Assembly: GCF_009914755.1 (NCBI RefSeq)
Contig: NC_060929.1
DNA length: 64,000 bases
Strand: one strand, 5' to 3'
Source of the DNA: the human T2T-CHM13v2.0 reference genome, Homo sapiens
Each line of letters starts with the position of its first letter. The stretch's first letter is position 1. Made by a program: the position numbers and the translations under genes. The notes beneath the pieces are model-generated. The model was given only the letters and a program-made list of their open reading frames with translations. It did no database searches and had not been told where the DNA came from. Below are positions 42,190 through 53,522 of the stretch, in pieces.

Positions 42190-42575
42190 AGGATTTTTGG
42201 CTTCATCTCTCAGAGGTAAAGAGCTTAAAAGTCTTCACTTCATTATTAAAACAAGAAAAACCCAGAAAAACTAAAAATCAATGATTTTTTTCAGATCCAC
42301 CAAAGAATTGAAATTGTAGTCCAAACCAGCACTCCAAAATCTGGAAAGACAGGTGCATCCAGAGGGGCACTGCTGAGATTGACTAACCAGGAACAAATTT
42401 TGCTTGAGCCACAAACTCATAAAAACATGAAAATAGTAATTTTGACCGATTGCTGGAAGCTGAGTACGGACTAGTGTGAGTGTGAGGACCTCCTGTAGGC
42501 CCCAGTCTTAAGGGTCTTTCACCTTTTCATAGGCTTTGCCTCAAAGAACCTTACTAGGTTCTCATGATGAAGAGC
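42190..42575 (+). mobile_element. Old L1 (L1MC-type) 5' region fragment
   Basis: aaaactaaaaatcaatgatttttttcagatccacc...gctggaagctgagtacggactagtgtgag...actaggttctcatgatgaaga resembles recalled L1MC 5' ends. Confidence 0.55.
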
Positions 42576-43026
42576 TATTTATCTCAATCTCATCAAGGAA
42601 GAATATCCTTAGTTAAACCTGGATTTCATATGCATGCTTATGTTTGCAATTAATTTCTTTATACTGAAATTTTGAAGAAACAATTGCAAATATACCAATG
42701 ACTTCCTTCACTCTTCGGTTAATTGCACAATTTTGGCATAAAGTTTTAGGCATAAACGTTTTGAACAGTATCCTTACCTTTCTACCTACCTAATTAGTAA
42801 AACATATCAAAATATATCTTTAAATGAATTGATTTCAAACAAGTAGAACAGAAGAGGCAAAATTGCAAGTTTAGATATAAAGATTTTCTTGTTATTTACC
42901 TAGTGTTTTCATTCCCAGATGTCAAGCAAAGAAGTGGAGTTATAAATTTCTCGACTAGATAAACCTACAACAGCTTAGAATACATTTGTTTTAAAATGTG
43001 ATTAAATTATTATAATAAAGTTCTCA

Positions 43027-43452
<426 letters not shown>

Positions 43453-44780
43453 TCAGTCAAATCTTCTGAGCTATTGGATTTAAATAAAAACTAAACAGAA
43501 TATATGTTTTATTGTCAACCCAGTAATAGCACAGTGCATGATGTCTTGTGGTTCTAAGCTTATCTGATGCTGTTATAATTTTAGATCACTCAGTATAGTC
43601 TCAACTAAACAAAAATGGAAATGGGTTATTTAGGTCATTTGGTAGTGTCATAAAATAAAGTTTTATCCACTATCTTTGATTAACTTCATGGAAAGTTTTC
43701 AGGAAGAGGTCTTAAAAAGCCTCTTTTAGAGCTGTGGCTTACCTTTCTAAGTAAGGAAAGCAAACCATTTCCGTTAGGGCCATCGATCAATGAATAAGCA
43801 GCTTGGTTCCAATTGGAAAGCTGCAGCTGCATTGTCAGATAGGAGCAGTTATTAACCCGTCCCTCAGCAGAATGTGTTATTTCCATTACTTTCATCTCTC
43901 CTGATGAGCAGATAAATTGATAGAAAAAAATGAGTTGAACAAAATAGAGCTGAAGGTGATGTATTTGCAGGGCCCCAAGGTGTAAATGAAATTCCTAACA
44001 GCTTCCATTGTACCTGAACATAGTAGAGCAAAACTAAGTCAAAGGAACAAAAACTGCTTAAGTGTGACAATATGGCACCATTCATGTTCATTCTGGATTA
44101 CAAAAGCTAAGCACAAAGGAAAAGGGGCTATAGACCCTGCCCTCAAGGAGTTTACAGCTGTGAAAACAGAAGGAAAGGAAAATAAAATGTAAGAGTGTCA
44201 TATGTTTAGTGACAACAGTCAACCCATAGTGTCTGAAAGTACACTAGCAAGGAACTTTGTCCATAATATTAGGGCCAGGAAGACTTCTTGTATTGAGTCT
44301 TTAAGGATGCATCAGTGTTAGACAAATGAATGAAAAGGAAAAGGGGGAAAGAGCATTTTATGTAGAGAGAAGAGAAGGGCAAAAGAAAGAATGAGAAACT
44401 GAGGCAGGAATAAAAACTATAAGTAGGGGGTTTAACATGGCTGATGTGTAGGGTTTGGGTGTTCTGAAGTAAGAAATCAGGTGGATACGTAGAGAAGATA
44501 AATATTGCCTTTTTAGAGAAGGTGAGAGGAAGGACTATTGCTAAAGGAGATTCAGAATAAAGACATTTTATCAGGACCAACTAACCTGCATACAGGCTGA
44601 GGGGGAGCAGCTCAATAGGAGAAGCTGAAAGACACAAAGGTATGAAAAGTTCATTCTCAAAATGACTCGAGTCCTGTCTTTCAAGTGTCTAGGTGAAGAG
44701 TGCAAAGCAATATTGAGTCTGCAGCTGTTGGGGAAGGAGATTGGCAAAGTTCTTGACAGATGGTCTTTTTTACCAGAGGA

Positions 44781-45457
44781 ATGTGGTTCTCAACTGGGGG
44801 TAACTTTTCCCTCACTAGTAGATGTCAATATTGAACAACGTTTGGAGACACTCTTGGTTGTAATAACTGGTGGAGACATTGCTACTGGCCTCTAAGGCAT
44901 GGAGGCCAGGAATGCTGCTAAACATTCTGCAAAAACACAGCAGAACACCCTTCAGGGCTGATCTGTGGGTGGTCTTGGACCAGCCCGGTTTTCTCTCCTT
45001 TATAGTTTTCAAGAATAACTGTAGAATGTGCTGGGAATGCCATATCTTGAGATAAAGGGGAGGTGGCTGAAGCAGGCCTAAATCTGTTTTAGCCCTGACA
45101 CCTCCCCAAGAAGGATGTCTTTGAAAATTTTAGCCCAGCATGCATGTGACCCCCAGGGTATAAAACCAGGGCAAACTGCTTTCCAGGGGCCCTCAGCTGT
45201 GGTGCAAGTGGGACAGACATAGTTCAGACTCCATCTGCCCCAGGTAGCTTTCCTGAGTAATAAATCCTAGGCTTCTGTTGTCCCTTGTTGCCTATCTGTA
45301 AATAATGAACCCACTTCATGTAACTTGCTGTGTGTGTAGATGTCTGACCAGACTCAAACAAGTTGGTAACTAGTGCACAGTGAACCTACTTTGCACCTCC
45401 CACATAAAAAGAATTATTCAGCCCAATATATCGATGGTACCTAGGTTGAGAATGCTG
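44781..45457. mobile_element. MER20 hAT-Charlie element split by an LTR
   Basis: gtggttctcaactggggg...tgctactggcctctaa..ggaggccaggaatgctgctaaacattct [insert] aagaattattcagcccaa...aggttgagaatgctg. Confidence 0.8.
44951..45395 (+). mobile_element. LTR47-like ERVL solo LTR
   Basis: gggtataaaaccagggc TATA region. 3' end cttcatgtaacttg...caagttggtaactagtgcacagtgaacctactttgca. Confidence 0.7.
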
Positions 45458-45531
45458 CTTTATGAAGTAGTAGATGATGTTATTTGCAGAATTAGGGATT
45501 TGAAGATTAGTTGGCAACTTTAAGAGAATAG

Positions 45532-45802
45532 ACTGAGTTTGGAATAGCTCTTTACCAGAATGGTAGAAATGCTCAGGATGACTGAGATATGGACAAGGGT
45601 TGGCCAAAAATCTGTATGGCTACAAAATTTCATGTGTCCAAGTAGTAAGGTAATGGACAAAATTTAACTGAATTACAAAATAATAAGAAGAAAGACAAGT
45701 ATTGTGCTCTGGGTAGAGAGGGTGGACACCAATTTCACTATGTAGGAGGAAGGTTTGGGGCTCATAGTGGGCAAGACGAGGCTGGGACCATGTCACTGTG
45801 TT
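45532..45802 (+). repeat. 271-bp direct duplication, copy 1
   Basis: Aligns without gaps to 46883-47153 with 9 mismatches. Confidence 0.97.
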
Positions 45803-45809
45803 GCCTGTC

Positions 45810-46880
45810 TCTATTTGTCACTCTGAACTCAACTCACTGGCAATCTGCCTTCTCCTGGGTCCTCTTTACTGAAACTGCTTTCACCCAGGATGCCAATAAC
45901 TTTGTTATCCTTTAATTCAAGAGACATGCTTCCCTGCTTACTTTCCTTGGCATTTGAACATCTGTCTTTGTTGACCACTTGATTCTTCCTGAAACAAACT
46001 TCACTCTTGGTTCTCGTGATGTTGAAACTTCATATTTTTTTAGCCACTGCGTAATTAGTCTTCTTTCTGGCTTTTATTTCTGTATCAGATTCTTAATTTT
46101 TCACTTTAAAAAAGTCTCTGTCTTTGGCCCTCTTCTCATCTCACTGCCATCTCCATCTGAATGTTTCATAAGCAACTTAAATTCCATGTATGCAAAATTG
46201 AACTCCTTTTCTTTCCCTGACAAACTCCTTCTTTTTGTATTTTTTAGCACTGAGTGATATCAACATAAATAGAGATAGCTATATTGGTTAAGATGATGAA
46301 TGTGACAGAAAACCCAAATTGATGTTGGCTTAACCATCCTAAATTTTATTCTGTTATGTAAAAAAGGCCAGAAGTCAGCAGTTCTGGGCTTGTATGACAG
46401 TTCCATGCATTTTTAGAAATCATTTTCTTCTAGATTATTCCTCTGCCACCCCTACATTTCTCTCCAGTTTAGCATTGTCACAGATAGCTGGTGGAGCTTC
46501 AGCTAACATCATCATGATGATGACACCAGATAGAAGAAAAAAAACCACTATGATTCCATTTAAGAACATTTCCATGAAGTTGTGCATGCTACCACCGCTT
46601 AGAGCTTTGAACTCAGTCCCAAGTCCAAAGCAAGCTTCAAAGGAAGCTGGTTAATGTAGCTGTTATTTCAGGCAGCCCTGAACCCAACTGAACAGATGTT
46701 TGTAGTGCCATAGAAGGGATTAACAGCCCTTGCTATGCAGTCCAACGTCTAGAAATCTAGGCTCAAATCTATTTTTCTTCTCCCACTCTCACTTCTCATG
46801 TTCATTCAGTCTCACATCTATTGATTCCAGCTTTCGAATTTTCAAATATTTATTATTGCTTTCATCCATGCTGCTGGATG
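45810..46880 (+). mobile_element. L2 ORF2 fragments interrupted by an old MLT1-type LTR (about 46275-46720)
   Basis: actgaaactgctttcacc...gttgaccacttgattcttcctgaaac..ctcttggtt (L2). Insert tattggttaag...gtgacagaaaacccaaatt..tggcttaac is MLT1-like. Confidence 0.5.
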
Positions 46881-46882
46881 AA

Positions 46883-47153
46883 ACTGAGTTTGGAATAGCT
46901 CTTTACCAGAATGGTAGAAATGCTCAGGATGACTGAGATACGGACAAGGGTTGGCCAAAAATCCGTATGGCTACAAAATTTAGTGTGTCCAAGTAGTAAG
47001 GTAATGGACAAAATTCAACTGAATTACAAAATAATAAGCAGAAAGACAAGTATTGTGCTATGGGTATAGAGGGTGGACACCAATTTCACTATGTAGGAGG
47101 AAGGTTTGGGGCTCACAGTGGGCAAGACGAGGCTGGGACCATGTCACTGTGTT
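46883..47153 (+). repeat. 271-bp direct duplication, copy 2
   Basis: Offset 1351 bp from copy 1, about 96.7% identical. Confidence 0.97.
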
Positions 47154-48171
47154 TCCTTATCTACAGACTTGGATTAATCTCAATCAGTTTCCTTATCTAT
47201 AGACTTAGATTGAGAAATATATTTACAACATTGAAGACACATTATTAAAACAAATAACTACCGAAATTTATTGTTACTCTGCACTAACAAGTTATCATTA
47301 ACTGCAGGATAATGTCTAAATTTATTAATGCCATTTATGTCTTCTGTGATTTCTCTGCTCCTTAAAATACAGAAATTTGTTTCCAAAATGCTATCCCATG
47401 ACTTGTTAAAAGCTTAGTATCTTCTTAAAATGTCAGTGTATTTCCAGAAAATTTAGTTTCTCATGATCAACTCTGGCTGTAAGCATCTGCTTTGTGGAAG
47501 TGGTTTATTTTAAAGATGGATGATGTTCCTGTTTTATGCTAGGTCTAGAACTAGGCATAGGACTCAGCTACTTTGCTTGAATGACAGGTTAAAAGTAACT
47601 GCTAAGTATTGATCATGTGGTCAATAGATTGGATATTTGATGATACCAAAGAGATTGGCACTTAGCCCTGTGGCAATATAAACAGGTTTAAAATTGAAGA
47701 TGAAGTATTATTTGTTATTCAACAGTTCCTTGTTTTTTATTAGCCTAAAGAAATTTCCTCGTTTTTACTAGCTTAAATCCAAGCTATAAATACAAAAAGA
47801 AAGAAAACTTGAAAATAAACCTTACGATTTCATTACATTTAGATCCCCATAATAATAACTACATTTGTTGATAGCTTTCCATGTGCCAAGCACTGAGTTT
47901 GGTATTTTACATACATCTAATTTAAGTGGACTCCTTCTTTCTTTCTCTAGGTTTGATTTTAGATGAGGCATTCTTAACTCTAAAACTCATTTTAGCTCCT
48001 TCACCACATTGCTGAGTCATTCTTCTCCCTCTGCATGGGTCGATTCCCTTTCTTTCTTTATTCCATTAGTCCTGTTATATTCCCAATGCAGTTGAGTTTA
48101 ATCTCTTTTGTTGCTTGCTAACTCCTTTTCTCAGAGCTCACCTTTTATTTCAATAAGTTATTGTCCCAAAC

Positions 48172-48549
48172 TGTATTAGTCTGTTTTCACAGTGCTATAA
48201 AGCACTGCCCAAGATTGGGTAATTTATAAAGGAAGGAGATTTAATTGACTCACAGTTCAGCATGGCTGGAGAGGCCTCAGGTAACTTACAATCATGGTGG
48301 AAGGTAAAGGGGAAGCAAGGCGCCTTCTTCACAAGGTGGCAGGAAGGAGAACGAATGCAGGCGGAACTACCAAACACTTACAAAACCATCAGATCTCATG
48401 AGTACTCACTCACTATCACGTAAACAGCATGGAGGAAACCGCCCCCATGTTTTAATTAACTCCACTCGGTCTCTCCCTTGACATGTGGGGATTATAGGAA
48501 TTACAATTCAAGAAGAGATTTTGGATAGGGACACAATCAAACCATATCA
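48172..48549 (-). mobile_element. THE1C-like MaLR solo LTR
   Basis: tgtattagtctgttttcac..gctataaag...gggtaatttataaaggaa...aaaccatatca. Confidence 0.92.
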
Positions 48550-49451
48550 CGCACCAAGACAGTTTCTGCCTTAAGTGGAATGCTTACATTAAGATAATAG
48601 CATTATTTTATCCTATTTCTTATGCTTTATAATTTTCCTAGTGATTTATCTCTCTTTTCCTTCTGTATCCTTTTCTCTTGCCACTCTGATATCCTCTCTC
48701 TCTCTCCCTTTCTCTCTATTTCTCTCCACATGCTCTGGACATTGACTCCTAATGTCCTTGACTATAGCTATCCTCCTCTCCCTACCTAGCTTGTAAGTTA
48801 CTCAACCTGGTATTGCAGCTCATGCATTTTTTTTTACCCTTGGAGGCTTTACCTGAGTCTCGCTGAGTCTCAAAACAGTGGGGTATGTGCTTCTGCCATG
48901 AATTCTGTACTTCTCTTTTTGTATTTTTAATTTCCTTTTTTTCCCCATGTCTTTCTGTTTTAAAACATTCTCTTCTATTTTTCCAAAAACATCTTGAACT
49001 TCTCCCTCCCTACCATCCCAAATGTATCTATCCTACACAACCAAACATCTAGATAAATTCTCCTATACCCACTTCATCCACTTCTTCACCTCCCACTTAC
49101 TTGCCTGTCTACTCCTGTCTGCCTTTGTTCCATTTGACTTCAATACATTTGCTTTTCCCTATGGTGACTGCTGACCTTTGTGTCACTAAATGCAATGTAC
49201 AATTTTCAGCTCTTTTATTGCTTGATTCTTTAATAAGGGTTGACTCTTAATTCCTCGTCTTTTGTTTTTAAATTTGGGGAACACTTTAAACTTTTTTATT
49301 TCTTGGTGAGAGGGCAATGGATGGATGAAAAGGAATATGTAGAGCAATAAAAGTCTACCTCTGACTCCTGATCTCTATTTCCTTGGATCTGCTTTTAAGA
49401 AGAAAACACTTTAAGCAGTCTCTCATCAATCTTCACAGATGGAAAAAAAAT

Positions 49452-49454
<3 letters not shown>

Positions 49455-49504
<50 letters not shown>
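49455..49504. repeat. Uninterrupted (AT)25 microsatellite
   Basis: Direct reading. Confidence 0.97.
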
Positions 49505-49507
<3 letters not shown>

Positions 49508-51450
49508 TATCCACTCAACATCTCCATTCATTTTTACACAAAGCCCCAATATCTTGTTCTATAACAAGTAACTTGTTCTCTAATTGTATATGCATAAATA
49601 CTTTGCAAATTGTTTACTGTTAGAGATGAATCATTTTAATGGCAGCAAAACAGTCCATTGTATTCTGACACCACTATTTAACTGATCTACTGAGTGCTTT
49701 TCTCACATTGTAATTATTATTAGTCTCAAGAAGTAGCCCTGGATATTCTTAAGATATAATAGAAAATTGCTGTTAGACATCAGTTTTTGAGTGCAGATAG
49801 AACTACTGTATGATTCTGCTGGGCATTTCCCTGGGGAGTTTTTTCAGGATCATTGCTTGGTCTATAAATATAAAATAAGAAAGACCAGGACGCATTCAAT
49901 TTTTAGCTCTGAAACAGTATGGGGCAGCTTTCCTCCTGGCAGCATTTGACTTTTAGAGATGACTTTGGCCAGCATTTTCTCAAATGCACCCTTCTGAATG
50001 TATGAGTTGTTGTGACTGTTGAGCTCTCTCAATTCATGGGCTTCCATTATTGTAATAAATAGAAGCCCATGTGTTTTAATTCTGAGAAATGTTCTTGAAA
50101 CTTTTTTGACTGTTTCTTCCCCTCCATTTTTTAATTACATTTTTTGTTCTTGGATATGGTCATCTTGGAATCATCTTATTTTCTTATCTTTTCTCTATTA
50201 ATTTGTATTTATTTGTCTATTCTCTGATTTCTGAGACATTTTTTGAAATTTACCTTCCATATCAGTTTCCTATTGCCATTGTAACAAATTACCACTCACT
50301 TATACCTGAAAACAATAGAAATATATTACCTTACATTTCTGGAGGCTGGATGTCTGAAATGGGTCTCACTGAGCTAAATCAAGTTGTCAGTGTAACAGGA
50401 TCCTCAGGGTGTTACTTGGCTAGCCAGAAACCTCTGTGGCCAGTGGCACCTCTGCTTGAGTTTTGCTTACATCTGCTGGATTTGTTCTGCCAACTCATCC
50501 CAACAGACTGTGCTCGGCTTGCACTACCAGCCCAGATCCTATGCCTGCAAAGGGCGAGTCAGGCCTGGAGCCCTGAGGGATGTGTGAGTGAGCAAACGCA
50601 GGGTCCAGCCAGGCATGCTGGCTGCTGCAGCAGAGTGGGTAGCTCCAGGTGCTGGCAAAGGCACCGGCTCTGCGAGGCTGCAGCTGGAACAGACATAGTC
50701 AAGTGGCTCCTGCTGCAGGCACTAGTGTCTGGATGAGGGGAATGCAGTGGTGCCTGAAAGCTTGGAGATGCAAGGAACCACAGAGCCCCAAAGAGGGTGT
50801 TATAGCATGTCAGAGCCCTGGCTTGGGGAGCCCTGAGGTCTGGGATCCCAGAAGGGTGGTAGCTCTTCTCTCCTTCTCATTGCCCACAGCTCAGTGAGTG
50901 GGGAGGCATGTTTGGGCAGGGGAGTGTGTTTCAGCTCATTTGTGTTACAGCTCTTTCAGTCCTGCCACCCTGCTCCAACCCATGGCTCCTGGGCTGGCCT
51001 GGGCCTGCCACTGTTTCTCATTGCATGGGGCAGCTACCTGGCACCTGCACTGGGTAGGAGGGCTATAGTGTTACAGACCCTTTAGCTATCCCCTGCAGCT
51101 CTAAGAGCCAGTCAGGGAAGAATTACAGCTCCTTTTGCTCTCACTGTTAGGTGGGTCCTGAGTTTTCACTCTGCGTTTAGGAAGAATAAGGTTACACAGA
51201 AAACTGGAGGGTAAGCAAGGTGGAGAAGAGATTTACTGGGCAACCAAACAGCTCTCAGTGAAAAGGAGATGTAAAGTGGACAGCTCCTATCCACAGGCAG
51301 GTAGTTCCAATGAGTGGCTGAGTCTGGCTGAGTCTCAGGTTTTTATGAACTCAAAAAGGAGGAAGCACATGCTGATTGGTCCATGGGTGGGAGGAAGTGT
51401 GTGCTGACTGATCTATGGGTGGCCATAAGTGGGCCTGGACAAACCACCAT

Positions 51451-51953
51451 TGTATTAGGGTTCCCTAGAAGGACAGAAATAATAGGATATATAGATATAT
51501 CTCTGAAGATATATAGATATATATATCTTCAGAGATATATAGATATGGATATATAGATATATAAAGGGGAATTTATTAAGTATTAACTCACATGATCACT
51601 AGGTTCCACAGTAGGCTGTCTGCAGTCTGAGGATCAAGGAAAGCCAGTTCAGGTCCCAAACTGAAGAACTTGGAATCCAATGTTTGAAGGCAGTAAGCAT
51701 CCAGCCCAGGAGAAAGATGTAGGCTGGGAGGCTAGGCCAGTCTAGTCTTTTCACGTTTTTCTGCCTGCTTTATATTCTAGCCGTGCTGGCAGATGATTAG
51801 ATGGTGCCCACCCAGATTAAGGGTGTGTCTACCTTTCCCAGCCCACTGACTCAAATATTAAACTTCTTTGGCAACACCCTCACAGACACGCCCAGGATCA
51901 ATACTTTGCATCCTTCAATCCAGTCAAGTTGACACTCAGTATTAACCATCACA
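51451..51953 (-). mobile_element. MLT2A (MLT2A1/A2; HERV-L) solo LTR, 5-bp TSD
   Basis: tgtattagggttc...tcaagttgacactcagtattaaccatcaca. TSD ACCAT at 51446-51450 and 51954-51958. Confidence 0.93.
51495..51540. repeat. Perfect inverted repeat: 21-bp arms, 4-nt spacer
   Basis: ATATATCTCTGAAGATATATA-gata-TATATATCTTCAGAGATATAT. Confidence 0.95.
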
Positions 51954-53149
51954 ACCATCCAATTGTCTGAGAGGCATCAAGGAAGTTCTCACTCTGGGTT
52001 GCAAACTCCACCCAGAAATGGCAACCAACCCCCTAGGTTTCAGGCCACTCCTGGCTTGAAGGTCAGACCTCATCATGGATCTGCCCTTCCCCTCCTAGGA
52101 ACCTGTTTCCCTCCCACCACCATCATCAGTAGGGCTGCATCCCTTTTTGGAGGCCCTACGGCAGGCTCCAAAGGAGAATTCATCTTTTTGCTTTTTACAG
52201 TTTCTAGAGGCTTCCTGCTTGTATTCTTGGTTTATACCTCCCTTCCATCTTTAAAGCTAGCAATGACCCATTGACTCATTTTCACATTGGCCACTGGAAC
52301 TCCCTCTTCCACATTTAAGAACCTTGTCATTACATTGGGCACACCTGGATAATCCAGGCTGCTCTACCTATTTTAAGGTCAATTTATTAGCAATTTTAAT
52401 TCTCTCTGTAACTTTAATTCCTCTTTGCCATGTAACCTAATAAACTCTTAGGTTCCAGAGATTAGAACTTGGACATATTTAGGGGCCTTTATATTTCCCA
52501 TTACACCTCCCAAACCTGCAGGGTTTTTTTTTTTTCTTCTTTTTTTTTTTCCCGCTGCTGTGATCATCTGTTGTCTGAATGTTCCTTTTCATGGAATGCT
52601 TTTCTTTTTAAAATGGTTTCAGTATCTTGTCTCTCTAAGAGTATTCATGATCCTTTATTGTTGTTGTAGTTTTTAAGTTTTCTCTTCCCTACACAGTCTC
52701 TGTGTTCTCTTTGTCCCTTACCCTCCTCATTAGTCTTCTTCTCTACCTTTCATGTGAAAAGCCTCTTCGTAGGTCATTTGTCAGGTTTGGGCATTATCAT
52801 TTATTAAATAGCTTTCCTGAGATAGTTGGCAATCCTTCATTTTATAATTCTTTTCAAAAGTGAGAGACTACAAAGATATTAGAAAACACTGCTGTTCCCT
52901 CTAATTTTTCTTCTTCTTTTTTTTTCTATTCTCCTATCCTACTCCTCCTCATCCTTTACCTCTCAGCTGAAATGACACTATTCAAGGGCCAACATTTTAA
53001 ATCTCCTAGATTGGGTAAAAATATATTTGGTAAAGGATCCAGTAACATCCTGTATTTTCTTTTCTGAATCATCACACTTTTAATGATGTCCAATACACAT
53101 ACCTTATTTGAATCCACTGGGACCAGAAAAAAGGAAACAAATGGGTCAG

Positions 53150-53522
53150 TGTTTTAGTCCATTTTCACACTGCTATAAAGAAATGCCTGAGACTGGGTAA
53201 TTTATAAAGGAAAGACGTTTAATTGACTCACAGTCCTGCATGCCTGGGGACGTCTCAGGAAACTTATAATCATTACAGAAGGGTAAGCAAACACGTCCTT
53301 CTTCACAAGGAGGCAGGAGAGAAGGAGTGCATGAGAACACAGGAAAAAAAAAACTACCATTTATAAAATCATCAGATGTCATGAGAATTCACCCACTATG
53401 ACAAGAACAGCATGGGGGAAACTGCCCCCATAATCCAACCACTTCCCACCAGTCTCCCTCAACATCTAGTGATTACAATTCAAGATGACATTTGAGTGAG
53501 GATACAAAGCCTAACCATATTA
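53150..53522 (-). mobile_element. THE1C/D-like MaLR solo LTR, 5-bp TSD
   Basis: tgttttagtccattttcacactgctataaag...cctaaccatatta. TSD GTCAG at 53145-53149 and 53523-53527. Confidence 0.92.

Larger units (their letters stand above)
50391..52125 (-). mobile_element. MER52 (MER52D-like, ERV1) solo LTR, 4-bp TSD
   Basis: tgtaacaggatcctcagggtgt..gccagaaacctctgtggcc...aggaaccacagagccccaaagagggtgt...ccatca. TSD TCAG at 50387-50390 and 52126-52129. Confidence 0.8.
50258..52505 (-). mobile_element. MLT1D-like MaLR LTR (outer shell of a three-layer nest)
   Basis: cagtttcctattgccattgtaacaaattacca...ctaaatcaagttgtcag [insert] tagggctgcatccc...cattacattgggcacacctggataatccagg...ggttccagagattagaacttggacat. 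Confidence 0.8.

Noticed and set aside
45532-47153. Direct repeats interpreted as the two LTRs of a small retroelement
   Set aside because: There are no TG/CA termini, PBS, PPT or TSD, and the interior is older L2/MLT1 debris.
50203-50736. Longest ORF in the window (177 aa)
   Set aside because: It runs across the MLT1D/MER52 junction with a TTG start and no recognisable domain. It is a chance ORF in GC-rich LTR sequence.
48172-53522. Two same-strand THE1 LTRs 4.6 kb apart as one provirus
   Set aside because: They differ substantially in sequence, the right one has its own TSD (GTCAG), and no THE1 internal sequence lies between them. They are independent solo LTRs.
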